In this document: piece by piece, positions 37,795-47,169 of the stretch | Numbering within the stretch: the first letter of the stretch is position 1 | Layout: each line of letters opens with the position of its first letter | NCBI GenBank assembly: GCA_964424775.1 | Contig: CAYRJZ010000001.1 | Location: 18,873-82,872 of the forward strand | Length of the DNA: 64,000 bases | Source of the DNA: an uncultured Gammaproteobacteria bacterium | GTDB lineage: Bacteria; Patescibacteriota; Microgenomatia; Levybacterales; UBA12049 | Reading direction: 5' to 3' | Translations under genes and position numbers: made by a program | The notes under the pieces: generated by a model | The model's input: only the letters and a program-made list of their open reading frames with translations | What the model was told of the DNA's origin: nothing | Databases searched by the model: none

Positions 37795-39339
37795 CTAGAG
37801 TGACTCCGTTTGGGAGCGATATTGCAACGCTTCTGCAATGTGGGCTGGAGTAATTTCTTCCTCGTTTTCAAGATCTGCAATCGTACGGGCAACTTTTATT
37901 GTTCTGTAAAAAGCTCTTCCTGAAAGATTAAGGGATGAGACAGCACTTTTGAGAAGAGAGAGGCATTCATCTGTGAGATGACAAAATTCTTTCACATTTT
38001 TCGTGGTGAGTTCAGCGTTGGAAAGAATTCCATGTTCTCGGTAGCGATTTATTTGTTTTTCCCGGGCAGTTCTTACTCTCTCACGAATTAACTCTGATGA
38101 TTCACTTTTTTCAGAATTTTTCTCTGTTAATTTTTCTACCTTTACTGCAGGAACAGTCAGATGAAGATCAATTCTATCAAGGAGGGGACCTGAAATCTTT
38201 TTCTGGTAACGAAGAATTGTACCTGATGGACAGGAGCACTCTTTAGTAGGATCACCAAAATATCCACAGGGACATGGATTTTGTGCAGCAACCACCATGC
38301 ACTTTGCGGGAAAACTCACTTTATTCTGTGCTCGTGCGATATGAACTACTCCATCTTCAATTGGTTGTCGAAGTGTTTCAAGAACGTGACGCGGGAATTC
38401 AGGTAATTCGTCTAAAAAGAGTACACCACGATGAGCAAGTGTTATTTCGCCGGGGCGGGGATTGCTACTGCCTCCAATAAGCCCAACAAGAGAGGTCGTA
38501 TGATGAGGCGATCTGAAAGGACGACGATTTACAATTTGTTCTCCTTTTAATAATCCTGAAATGCTATAAATTTTTGTTACCTCAATGGCCTCATCAAAGG
38601 TGAGAGGAGGGAGAATAGAAGGAAGGGTACGCGCAAGAAGTGTTTTTCCAGCACCTGGGGGTCCTTTCAAAAGCAAGTTATGACCACCGGCAGCAGCAAT
38701 CTCAAGAGCTCGCTTTGCCTGTTCCTGACCTTTTATATCACTCATATCAAAATCGTATTTTTCATCCAAACTTTCGGAGAAGGGGGTAAAGGGAAATATT
38801 TCTAGAAGTTTATCTCCAGACAAATGTTTGAATAAAGAAAGGAGTGAGTCTACTGAGTAAACATCTATTCCTTCAATAATTGCTGCTTCAGGTGCATTTG
38901 ATGAGGGGAGATAGAAAGTTGTAAAGTGAGACTTCTTTGCCATAATTGCTTGAGGAAGTACACCGGGTATGCTTCTAATTGTCCCATCTAAAGATAACTC
39001 ACCAGTTATGATGGCTGATGAGAGATCTGCTTTTAATTGCCCTGAGGCAATGAGAACTCCAATAGCAATTGGAAGATCATAGTATGGTCCTTCTTTAGGA
39101 AGGTCAGCAGGAGCTAAATTGACAGTGATTCTTTTTGACGGGAAGTCAGCTCCACTATTTCTAATAGCTGAGCGGACTCGCTCTTTCGCTTCATCCACTG
39201 ATTTATCAGGGAGGCCTACAATGGTAAAAGAGGGGAGACCTTGAGATGCGATATCCACTTCAACCTCAATTGGGACAGCATCAAGACCAATAACTGCTGA
39301 AGAATAAATCTTTGCCAGCATACTATTATTACTCAACAA
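37795..39339 (-). CDS. comM: Mg-chelatase-like AAA+ ATPase, ComM/YifB family
   Basis: YifB N-terminus (MLAKIYSSAVIGLDAVPIEVEVDIASQGLPSFTIVGLPDKSVDEAKERVRSAI) and Walker A (LLLKGPPGAGKT). Confidence 0.8.
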   Translation of the reverse strand: MLSNNSMLAKIYSSAVIGLDAVPIEVEVDIASQGLPSFTIVGLPDKSVDEAKERVRSAIRNSGADFPSKRITVNLAPADLPKEGPYYDLPIAIGVLIASGQLKADLSSAIITGELSLDGTIRSIPGVLPQAIMAKKSHFTTFYLPSSNAPEAAIIEGIDVYSVDSLLSLFKHLSGDKLLEIFPFTPFSESLDEKYDFDMSDIKGQEQAKRALEIAAAGGHNLLLKGPPGAGKTLLARTLPSILPPLTFDEAIEVTKIYSISGLLKGEQIVNRRPFRSPHHTTSLVGLIGGSSNPRPGEITLAHRGVLFLDELPEFPRHVLETLRQPIEDGVVHIARAQNKVSFPAKCMVVAAQNPCPCGYFGDPTKECSCPSGTILRYQKKISGPLLDRIDLHLTVPAVKVEKLTEKNSEKSESSELIRERVRTAREKQINRYREHGILSNAELTTKNVKEFCHLTDECLSLLKSAVSSLNLSGRAFYRTIKVARTIADLENEEEITPAHIAEALQYRSQTESL

Positions 39340-39462
39340 TAGAACTTTTCTTTCTATTCTTCAAGAGTATAGTGATTTAGTAACTAATAAATAGTTAATT
39401 CTATAGGAATTTGAATCGTATAAATATTTATGATATAGACACCCCAACAATAGCCTATAATA

Positions 39463-39496
39463 TTTGACTTTCCCCTTTGTCTTTAGTATAATATTA
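39463..39496 (+). promoter_or_regulatory. near-consensus sigma70 promoter (TTGACT-17-TATAAT)
   Basis: tttgactttcccctttgtctttagtataat: the -35 TTGACT, a 17-nt spacer, then the -10 TATAAT. It reads into the GC-rich segment downstream. Confidence 0.5.
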
Positions 39497-39502
39497 CTTA
39501 TT

Positions 39503-39915
39503 CTAGCCTCAGAAATTGGTGTTAGAAGTACATTAATAAGTGTTGTATGTTATCTAGTAATCCGTACTAGCTTTTAGCTCCGGTAAACGGAATTAAAAGC
39601 TGGTGCGGATATCATGGTTTCCGAGTGGGAGCCTACGTACCGGAGGTAACGAGGAAATGTCTTGCGATCCTGAAAAAAACCGACAAGTTGATCCCGAGAG
39701 GGAGCAAGTTTTCATTAACGAGGATTGGGACGATCCCGATCCTGACGATCCCGGCCCAACCGGGTACAAACGAGGCTCAGGTCGGATCAAAGATGATCTA
39801 GGCGCCTCGGCAGACGAACTTTGTCTTCATGTTGATGACAACCCCAATTGGGGTGTCTTCGACAAGTGGCCAATTCCTCAAGAGTAACCATGTGAAGCTG
39901 GTCCGCCAACTCGGC
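39503..39915 (+). ncRNA. candidate structured ncRNA of unknown family (RNase P RNA, 6S RNA or other housekeeping RNA not excluded)
   Basis: Sits in a 740-bp intergenic gap in an otherwise compact genome. The local GC (about 50%) is well above the flanking DNA. There is a perfect hairpin AGCUUUUAGCUCCGG-UAAA-CGGAAUUAAAAGCU near the 5' end and an 8-bp GC hairpin (GGUCCGCC-AACU-GGCGGACC) at the 3' end. The overlapping ORFs use atypical GC-rich codons. Confidence 0.35.
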
Positions 39916-40083
39916 GGACCATGCAGTTTACTAGATACGACATGAAAATAGATTTATTTTCTTACTTCATCATATGCGATGAATATTTGGAAAAGGGTCA
40001 AAAATAAATGAAGTCCATAGTTCATGGAGCATACAACACATACAAAACAATTTTTTTACCAATCAATCCTCAGTTAACTATTT

Positions 40084-41025
40084 TTACTGTTTCTTTGATT
40101 TACGCTGAACAAAAGTTAAATCTCTTCCTTCATCTCCGCTTTCTTTGCCTCGCCTGTTCGAAAAGAACTCAGGATGAGTAGCGGTATCTCGTCTATACAT
40201 CTCAATGTTCGAATCTGGAACACCACCTTCTATGATGATCTGATCTGCAATATGTCCAGCAATATCAACGTAATGAAGTCTAGAACCATCAGGTTGAGTC
40301 ACGTACTTTCTTCTTGAACTTCTCCAGTTGTCATAATTTGGCCACTTACTATAAAGGTCGTCTTCTTTATTTTGGTAACTGTCCATTTCAATACCCGGAA
40401 CCATTCCTATGTGAATATTTTGAGGGTCATAACCTTGTAGCTTGAGATCATAAATTGCAACGAGTGGGAGATTGGCATCTGCTTGTTTCGCACCTGCATG
40501 AATTAGTCCTACTACTTTTTTTATATCTCCATTTTCATCAATTTTCCAAGCTGTAACTATACAGACCGGGCAATCTGCTTGTTTTACCATAATTGCTATG
40601 TCTTCTTCTTCAGTAAAGATTGCATCAGCCTGAACTGCCAATTCCTGTTCACCTCTCTTGGGATTTTCTTTCAGTGTGTCTTGAGTAATCCAGGCAACGC
40701 GTGCAGCATCAGGTCCAGGACTAATTCTTACCCTGTTTTCTAATGGTGCTAAGTCAAGGTCATAAAATACAGCTTCGGTATTTGCTCTTGCCTGAATTTT
40801 TGCCTCTTCTGTTTTAGCTACACTTAAATCAGACATGTTTCCTCTTCCAAAGGTACTTCCATGAACGACATCAGGATATTTTTCAGATAGCTTCGGAAAA
40901 TGGAGGATACCCTTTACTCCTGGCAGCTCGTGAATCTCGGTATACACCTGAGGCTCATATTTTGCCATTGCTTCTTCTTGTGTTAATACTGCACCTTTCT
41001 CTATATCCATAATTAAATAATACAT
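40084..41025 (-). CDS. putative YfiH/PgeF (DUF152, laccase-domain) family protein
   Basis: Motifs ADCPVCIVTA and GLIHAGAKQ resemble the conserved ADC(L/V)P and HAGWRG blocks of YfiH. Tentative. Confidence 0.4.
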   Translation of the reverse strand: MYYLIMDIEKGAVLTQEEAMAKYEPQVYTEIHELPGVKGILHFPKLSEKYPDVVHGSTFGRGNMSDLSVAKTEEAKIQARANTEAVFYDLDLAPLENRVRISPGPDAARVAWITQDTLKENPKRGEQELAVQADAIFTEEEDIAIMVKQADCPVCIVTAWKIDENGDIKKVVGLIHAGAKQADANLPLVAIYDLKLQGYDPQNIHIGMVPGIEMDSYQNKEDDLYSKWPNYDNWRSSRRKYVTQPDGSRLHYVDIAGHIADQIIIEGGVPDSNIEMYRRDTATHPEFFSNRRGKESGDEGRDLTFVQRKSKKQ

Positions 41026-41111
41026 GTAGTTAATTTCTAAAGAAAGTGACTTCTTGCAGATATAAATTATTGTGGGTTGTGAAATTATTCATATAAATAG
41101 GTGAGGAGAGT

Positions 41112-42686
41112 TTGTGGTACCATACAGCGATGGCAAGAGAAGAAAAAAAGAAAATAGTAAATGCTACTTTAATTGTTAATCCAGTGAGTGGAGTAGGGGA
41201 CCCACGAGAAAGACGGAAAAAAATAATGAGTCTTGCACGAAGTTACGGATGGGAAGGGGAGTATATCGAAACGACCAAAACAAAGAGTGCGGGTGAGATA
41301 GCAAAAAGGGAAGTGGGGAGGGGAGTGAAACATATTATTGTTTGCGGTGGAGATGGAACAGTGATGGAAGTACTGGAGGCCATTGTTGGGAAAAAAGTAG
41401 CACTCGGTATCGTTCCACTGGGTACAGGAAATCTTCTCGCACGCAATCTATCTCTTCCTTTAGACATAGAGGAATCGTTAAAGGTAGCACTTTTTGGAAA
41501 TCATCAAAAAATAGATGTAGGAGTAGCGAATGGAACATATTTTGGTGTTATTGCCGGAATTGGTCTGGATGCAGAAGTAGTGCAGGCTGCAAAAAGAGAG
41601 ATGAAGGATAAATGGGGAATTTTAGCTTATGTTTTCACGACAATTAAAAGTCTTTCAAATCGTACTGCTCTTTTTGAAATAACACTTGATAAGAAGAAGA
41701 AAATTCGTACTCGAGCAAAGTCAGTTATGGCAGCAAATATGGGAAAACTTGTGGGAGGAGTGGATTTAGTTCCTTCAACTCACCCACGAAGTGGAACACT
41801 TCAGCTAGGTATTGTGAAAGCGCGGGGTATGAGAGAGTGGTTGAGTGTCTTTTTACACGCACTGCGGGGAAAAATTGAAAAGAGTCCTCATTATGATGTA
41901 TACACAGCTAGTCATATTGAGATCAAAGTCCTCAACGGGAAAAAGTTTTATGAGTGTGATGGTAACCACTTTCTTCCCACAGACCACTTAGTTATTAAAA
42001 TATTTCATAATGATGTCACAGTAATCGTCTCTCCTGATGTTTTGGCAAAGAAAAAAGGAGACAAGGTTCTGTTATTTGATTTTGATGGGACAGTTGCTGA
42101 TTCCCTTGAAATGGTTGTGAGAGTCTATAACACACTGGCAGATAAATATAATTATCCTCATCTCACTGCCCAAAAAAGAGAGGATTTACGTGGGATGAGT
42201 GCAAGGGAAGTTATTAAGAATTTGCCTATCCCATCCTACAAAGTTCCTCTTTATCTCAATGAAGGGAGAAAATTGTTTAAGGAACAGATTGAGGATCTTA
42301 AGCCATTTCCACAACTTTCTGAAGCTTTAAATTTGCTCTCAACGCAGTATACACTTGGGATTGTTACTTCAAATGAACCTGAGTTAGTTAAAAAATTCTT
42401 GCTCAAACACCATATAGATTATTTTGCTTTTGTCTACTCAGATGGAAGTATCTTTGGGAAGGGAAAGGTGATGAAGAATGTCATTAGAAAATATAAGTTT
42501 AATGCAAAGAATGTTTTATATGTCGGAGATGAGGTTCGAGATATAGATGCTGCTCGGGATGCTGGTCTGAGGGTGGCAAGTGTAACTTGGGGATTTAATT
42601 CAAAAGAAATTTTGCGTCAGAACAGGCCGGATTTTGTCATCGATACTCCTCTTAAATTAGCCTCACTCGATCTTTTTAAGGAGTAA
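41112..42686 (+). CDS. fusion protein: diacylglycerol-kinase-like lipid kinase (DAGK_cat, YegS/BmrU-like) + HAD-superfamily phosphatase
   Basis: N-terminal DAGK_cat motifs (IIVCGGDGTVMEVLEAI, GIVPLGTGNLLARNL). The C-terminal HAD domain has DxDGT motif I (LLFDFDGTVADS) and motif IV (YVGDEVRDIDAARDAG). The start could be the TTG at 41112 or the ATG at 41130. Confidence 0.65.
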   Translation: MWYHTAMAREEKKKIVNATLIVNPVSGVGDPRERRKKIMSLARSYGWEGEYIETTKTKSAGEIAKREVGRGVKHIIVCGGDGTVMEVLEAIVGKKVALGIVPLGTGNLLARNLSLPLDIEESLKVALFGNHQKIDVGVANGTYFGVIAGIGLDAEVVQAAKREMKDKWGILAYVFTTIKSLSNRTALFEITLDKKKKIRTRAKSVMAANMGKLVGGVDLVPSTHPRSGTLQLGIVKARGMREWLSVFLHALRGKIEKSPHYDVYTASHIEIKVLNGKKFYECDGNHFLPTDHLVIKIFHNDVTVIVSPDVLAKKKGDKVLLFDFDGTVADSLEMVVRVYNTLADKYNYPHLTAQKREDLRGMSAREVIKNLPIPSYKVPLYLNEGRKLFKEQIEDLKPFPQLSEALNLLSTQYTLGIVTSNEPELVKKFLLKHHIDYFAFVYSDGSIFGKGKVMKNVIRKYKFNAKNVLYVGDEVRDIDAARDAGLRVASVTWGFNSKEILRQNRPDFVIDTPLKLASLDLFKE

Positions 42687-42749
42687 TTTTTACTTTTTTC
42701 TTACCAGAGAAAGTAATCTTTTATTGCAGAGTTACTGCACAATACCTCT

Positions 42750-45008
42750 ATGAGACTTGTGTATATTGCGAATAGGCTCCCAGTTCGCATTGAGAAAAAG
42801 GAGAATGAGCCTTTTCATCTTCGACCCAGTCCAGGAGGGCTGGCTTCTGGACTTAATTCTTACTTAACATCACTTCCTCTCGAACAAAAGAAAGAAGGCT
42901 CATTATGGGCTGGTTGGCCTGGGTCACCAGTGGAAGAAGCGGATCAAAAGTTACTCACAGATATGCTTCTTCATGAGCATTCTGCTCTCCCAATCTTTCT
43001 CTCAACAGAGCAGGTGAACAGTTATTACAATGGTTTTTGTAATAAAGTGATCTGGCCACTTTTTCATTACTTCCTCAACTTTGTAGAGCCAAGTGAGGAG
43101 TATTGGCAGATGTATAGAGAGGTAAATAAACAGTTTGCTCTCCAGATAGCACCTTTTTTAAAAGAAGATGATCTCGTTGGAGTTCATGATTATCAGTTGT
43201 TACTAGTTCCTCAGTATCTTCGTGAGATTTATCCCAATCTTGCAATTAGTTTGTTTCTCCATATTCCTTTTCCATCAGGTGAGATTTGTCGCTGGTTACC
43301 CACACCTTGGAGAAGGGAAATACTTGAGGGGATGCTCGGAGCAGATCTTATTGGGTTTCACACCCACGAATATAGGCAGCACTTTCTCATGACTGCACTC
43401 AGATCACTTGGAGTTGAGAATAGAACAGGAAAAATTCTCGTGACGAATAGGCTTGTCGATACTGGTGTTTTTCCAATGGGTATTGATGTTCAGAAATTTC
43501 ATACTGCTTCAATAAGTAAAGTTGTTGAGGAGAAGTCGGTACAACTTAAAAAATCCCTTGGAGACAAGAAATTAATCTTTTCTGTTGATAGGCTGGATTA
43601 TACAAAAGGAATTGCGAATAGATTACTGGGTTACGAACAGTTTTTAAAAAAGCATCCCGAGTGGCATGGAAAAGTAACACTTGTGGTAAGTTCTGAACCA
43701 TCACGTGTTGATATTGATCAGTATAAGGCTATGAAGCGATCGATTGATGAGTTGATAGGCCGTATCAACGGACTTTATGGTAATCTTGTCTGGCAGCCTA
43801 TTCTTTATCAGTTTACATCACTCTCTTTTGAGGATATTGTTGCACTTTATAAAGCCAGCGATATTGCACTTATCACGCCACTTCGAGATGGGATGAATCT
43901 TATTGCAAAAGAGTACATCGCCAGTCTATCAGACTATAAAGGGGTCCTCATCTTAAGCGAAATGGCAGGTGCTGCAAAGGAATTAAAGGAAGCACTCTCG
44001 GTTAATCCATTAGACACTGAAGAAGTGGCACAGGCAATTTATCAAGGCCTCACAATGCCTCTTTCTGAGCAAAAGAAGAGAAATAAAAGTATGAGAAAGA
44101 GACTAGAAAAGTATGACGTCAGACAGTGGGCGAATGATTTAAACGAATCGCTCATAAAGGTGAAAAAAGAACAGCAAGGTCAACAAAGTGCGCATTTTTC
44201 TGAGGAACAGCAGTTCAGACTTACTGAAAGTTATTTAGCTTCCTCTCGCAGGCTTATTTTGCTTGATTATGATGGGACCTTAGTTCCATATGCGAACAAG
44301 CCTCATCTTGCTCGACCCACAAAAAGAGTATTAAACCTCTTGGTAGAGTTAACAAAGGACTATCGTAATGAAGTTGTCCTCATGAGTGGGCGAGATAAAA
44401 AGACACTTGATAAGTGGTTGAATATTCCAAAATTAACGCTTGTTGCAGAACATGGTGTCTGGAAGAAAGAAAGAAATGAGTACTACTGGAAGATGATGAG
44501 AAAATTCTCATCTGAGTGGAAATCTTCATTATTTCCACTTCTCAATCAATGGGTAGATAGAGTGCCCGGATCGTTTATAGAAGAGAAAGAGTATTCACTT
44601 GCATGGCATTACCGTCTTGTTGATCAGGCGACTACTCAAAACAGTATAAAAGAAATACTTTTTGAATTGACTGAATTTGCCTCAACAACAAATGCAGAGG
44701 TAATTCACGGGAATAAGGTCATTGAGGTGAAGAATATTGGAGCGGATAAGGGAACAGCAACACAACAGTGGCTCATGAAGAAGGATTATGATTTTATACT
44801 TGCTATCGGCGATGATACAACAGATGAAGATATGTTTGAGGTGCTCCCAAGGAAGGCATTTACTATTAAAGTGGGCGAGGAGACATCACGTGCCCAATAT
44901 AGAATAGGAGATAGTACAGATGTACTAGAACTTCTTGAGACTTTTATTTACCACTCACAGAGGAATAGTGATGAGAGAATAATTACTCTCCCATCACTCT
45001 CATCTTGA
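42750..45008 (+). CDS. otsA: bifunctional trehalose-6-phosphate synthase/phosphatase (OtsA-OtsB fusion)
   Basis: GT20 N-terminal domain (MRLVYIANRLPVRI...PSPGGLASGL) and a C-terminal T6PP HAD domain (LILLDYDGTLVP, IGDDTTDEDMFEV). Confidence 0.8.
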   Translation: MRLVYIANRLPVRIEKKENEPFHLRPSPGGLASGLNSYLTSLPLEQKKEGSLWAGWPGSPVEEADQKLLTDMLLHEHSALPIFLSTEQVNSYYNGFCNKVIWPLFHYFLNFVEPSEEYWQMYREVNKQFALQIAPFLKEDDLVGVHDYQLLLVPQYLREIYPNLAISLFLHIPFPSGEICRWLPTPWRREILEGMLGADLIGFHTHEYRQHFLMTALRSLGVENRTGKILVTNRLVDTGVFPMGIDVQKFHTASISKVVEEKSVQLKKSLGDKKLIFSVDRLDYTKGIANRLLGYEQFLKKHPEWHGKVTLVVSSEPSRVDIDQYKAMKRSIDELIGRINGLYGNLVWQPILYQFTSLSFEDIVALYKASDIALITPLRDGMNLIAKEYIASLSDYKGVLILSEMAGAAKELKEALSVNPLDTEEVAQAIYQGLTMPLSEQKKRNKSMRKRLEKYDVRQWANDLNESLIKVKKEQQGQQSAHFSEEQQFRLTESYLASSRRLILLDYDGTLVPYANKPHLARPTKRVLNLLVELTKDYRNEVVLMSGRDKKTLDKWLNIPKLTLVAEHGVWKKERNEYYWKMMRKFSSEWKSSLFPLLNQWVDRVPGSFIEEKEYSLAWHYRLVDQATTQNSIKEILFELTEFASTTNAEVIHGNKVIEVKNIGADKGTATQQWLMKKDYDFILAIGDDTTDEDMFEVLPRKAFTIKVGEETSRAQYRIGDSTDVLELLETFIYHSQRNSDERIITLPSLSS

Positions 45009-45042
45009 ACATTGATCAGAAGAGGACTATAATTGCCTCGAT

Positions 45043-45807
45043 ATGGAGTTTTTATTTTTAGTACCCATACTCTTAATACTTCTTATTTCTATCAAACAGA
45101 TCAACCAGTATGAGAGGGGAATTAAGTTCTCATTCGGGAAATATTCGGGAATGATGCAGCCTGGATGGAGACTCGTTATCCCAGTTTTTCAAGGTTACAG
45201 AAGGGTAGATATTCGTACCAAAGCAGTGGATGTTCCAGATCAGGAAGCTATTACAAAAGATAATGTTTCAACTCGAATTTCAGCTGTTATTTATTACAAA
45301 GTTATTGATGCTGCAAAAGCAGTACTCGAAGTAGAGGATTACTATTTTGCAGTTCATCAATTGGCACAAACTACAATGAGAAATATTGTTGGAGAAGTTG
45401 AGTTGAATGACCTTTTGGCAAATAGAGATAAAATTGCGAGTAGAATTAGTGACATTATTCGTGAGACAGCAGGTGGGTGGGGAATAGAAGTATCATCGGT
45501 TGAGCTTAAAGATATTATTCTTCCAGAAGACATGAAGCGAACAATGGCCAAACAGGCTGAAGCAGAGCGAGAAAAAAGAGCAACAATTATTAACTCAGAA
45601 GGTGAGGTTATCGCTGCAGAAAACTTAGCAAAGGCAGCAAATCTTATGGCTAAAACACCTGGAGCTCTTCATCTACGTACCCTTAACTCAATAAATGATA
45701 TCTCAAGTGATCAGTCAAATACGGTCGTTTTTGTAACCCCTATTGAAATTCTTCGTGCAATTGAAGGCGTTGCGAATAATTTAATTCAGAAAAAAGAAAA
45801 GAAATAA
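45043..45807 (+). CDS. SPFH/Band-7 (stomatin-like) membrane protein
   Basis: N-terminal TM, then the stomatin/prohibitin core (YERGIKFSFGKYSGMMQPGWRLVIPVFQ...RVDIRTKAVDVPDQEAITKDNVSTRISAVIYYKV). Confidence 0.8.
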   Translation: MEFLFLVPILLILLISIKQINQYERGIKFSFGKYSGMMQPGWRLVIPVFQGYRRVDIRTKAVDVPDQEAITKDNVSTRISAVIYYKVIDAAKAVLEVEDYYFAVHQLAQTTMRNIVGEVELNDLLANRDKIASRISDIIRETAGGWGIEVSSVELKDIILPEDMKRTMAKQAEAEREKRATIINSEGEVIAAENLAKAANLMAKTPGALHLRTLNSINDISSDQSNTVVFVTPIEILRAIEGVANNLIQKKEKK

Positions 45808-46029
45808 AATTTATTAGCCTCAAAAGAAACCTCAGAGATAGGGAGTGGGGGAAGTAGAAAAAAATACGAATGATACAGTTTGATACTATTAATATAGTAT
45901 GATATAGTTATTTCACAGAATTTCACACCACTTTTCACGGAAACACTTATAAGACGTATGTATACAATTGCATAGTGATGTGGATAACTTTAGCTTGACT
46001 TATCAAGATGTTTTTACGTAAGATAATGT

Positions 46030-47169
46030 ATGGTGCAGAAAAATTTTCTTCAAGGTCTGACCTTTGATGACGTTCTCCTCCTCCCGGACTTTAGTGACTT
46101 TTCTCGAAGCGATATTGATGTCTCAACCCCTCTTACAAAAAAGATAAAACTGACCATACCTTTCGTATCCTCTCCTATGGATACGGTAACTGAGGCTAAA
46201 ATGGCTATTGCGCTTGCTACTATAGGCGGAATTGGCATCATCCATCGGAATCTGCCAATAGCTTCACAGGCAGCTCAGGTTGCGAAGGTTAAAGCGAAAG
46301 GACACCTCGTAGGCGCTGCTGTTGGTGCAAGTCGCGATGCTCAAGAGCGAATTACTGCACTTGTTAAAGCACAAGTTGATGTTATTGTCGTTGATTCAGC
46401 ACATGGCTACTCCACCGGAGTGATCGAGACGACAAAATGGATCAAGCAAAAATATTCTGCGACGCAGGTGATAGCTGGAAGTATTGCCACCTATGATGGA
46501 GCAAAAGCTCTTATTGATGCAGGAGCGGATGGCCTTCGTGTAGGTATGGGGCCAGGTGCGATCTGTACGACACGAATTATTTCAGGTATGGGTGTTCCAC
46601 AGATTACAGCACTTCAGGAGGTAGTGAGGATAGCAGGCCCTGCAAAGGTACCCGTTATTGCAGATGGTGGTATTAAATATTCTGGGGATATTGTCAAAGC
46701 TCTTGCTGTTGGTGCATCAAGTGTCATGATGGGATCTTTTTTTGCATCATGTAAGGAATCTCCAGGAGATGTTGTCGAACTCCCCCGCTCTTCAGTCCCC
46801 CATCGTTTTCAAAGCATCCTGACGGATAAGGAAAAGTATCTTTTTAAGACATATCGTGGAATGGGATCTGTGGGGGCAATGAAGCAAGGAGCAAAGATTA
46901 AGTCTGAGGATGAATTCCATGGAAAAAGCTATTATAAAGAGCGGGTGCTCGTTGCTGAAGGAGTAGAAGGACTTGTCCCAATTAAAGGAACTGTTGAGGA
47001 TGTGGTCGAACAGGCATTAGGAGGTATACGATCAGGAATGTATTATGTTGGTGCGAAAAATATAAAGGAATTGTGGAAAAAAGCACAATTTATCCAGATA
47101 ACTCAGGCATCACTTACTGAATCCCATCCGCATGATATCCTCGTCACAAATTCCGGAGAAAATTATTAA
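46030..47169 (+). CDS. guaB: IMP dehydrogenase (short form lacking CBS subdomain)
   Basis: IMPDH/GMPR TIM-barrel sequence with the catalytic Cys loop ([23 protein letters not shown]) and GSFFA. 379 aa with no CBS pair. Context includes guaA, purA and add. Confidence 0.75.
   Translation: MVQKNFLQGLTFDDVLLLPDFSDFSRSDIDVSTPLTKKIKLTIPFVSSPMDTVTEAKMAIALATIGGIGIIHRNLPIASQAAQVAKVKAKGHLVGAAVGASRDAQERITALVKAQVDVIVVDSAHGYSTGVIETTKWIKQKYSATQVIAGSIATYDGAKALIDAGADGLRVGMGPGAICTTRIISGMGVPQITALQEVVRIAGPAKVPVIADGGIKYSGDIVKALAVGASSVMMGSFFASCKESPGDVVELPRSSVPHRFQSILTDKEKYLFKTYRGMGSVGAMKQGAKIKSEDEFHGKSYYKERVLVAEGVEGLVPIKGTVEDVVEQALGGIRSGMYYVGAKNIKELWKKAQFIQITQASLTESHPHDILVTNSGENY

Noticed and set aside
39603-39887. 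94-aa acidic ORF (and the minus-strand 65-aa ORF) as protein-coding genes
   Set aside because: GC-rich codon usage is unlike all neighbouring genes, there is no convincing RBS, and the segment sits behind a strong promoter with strong hairpins. ncRNA is the better reading, but neither ORF could be formally excluded without comparative data.
39503-39915. tmRNA (ssrA) identity for the GC-rich intergenic segment
   Set aside because: No tRNA-like T-arm (GGUUCGAAUCC-type) or CCA-proximal acceptor pairing could be found on either strand.
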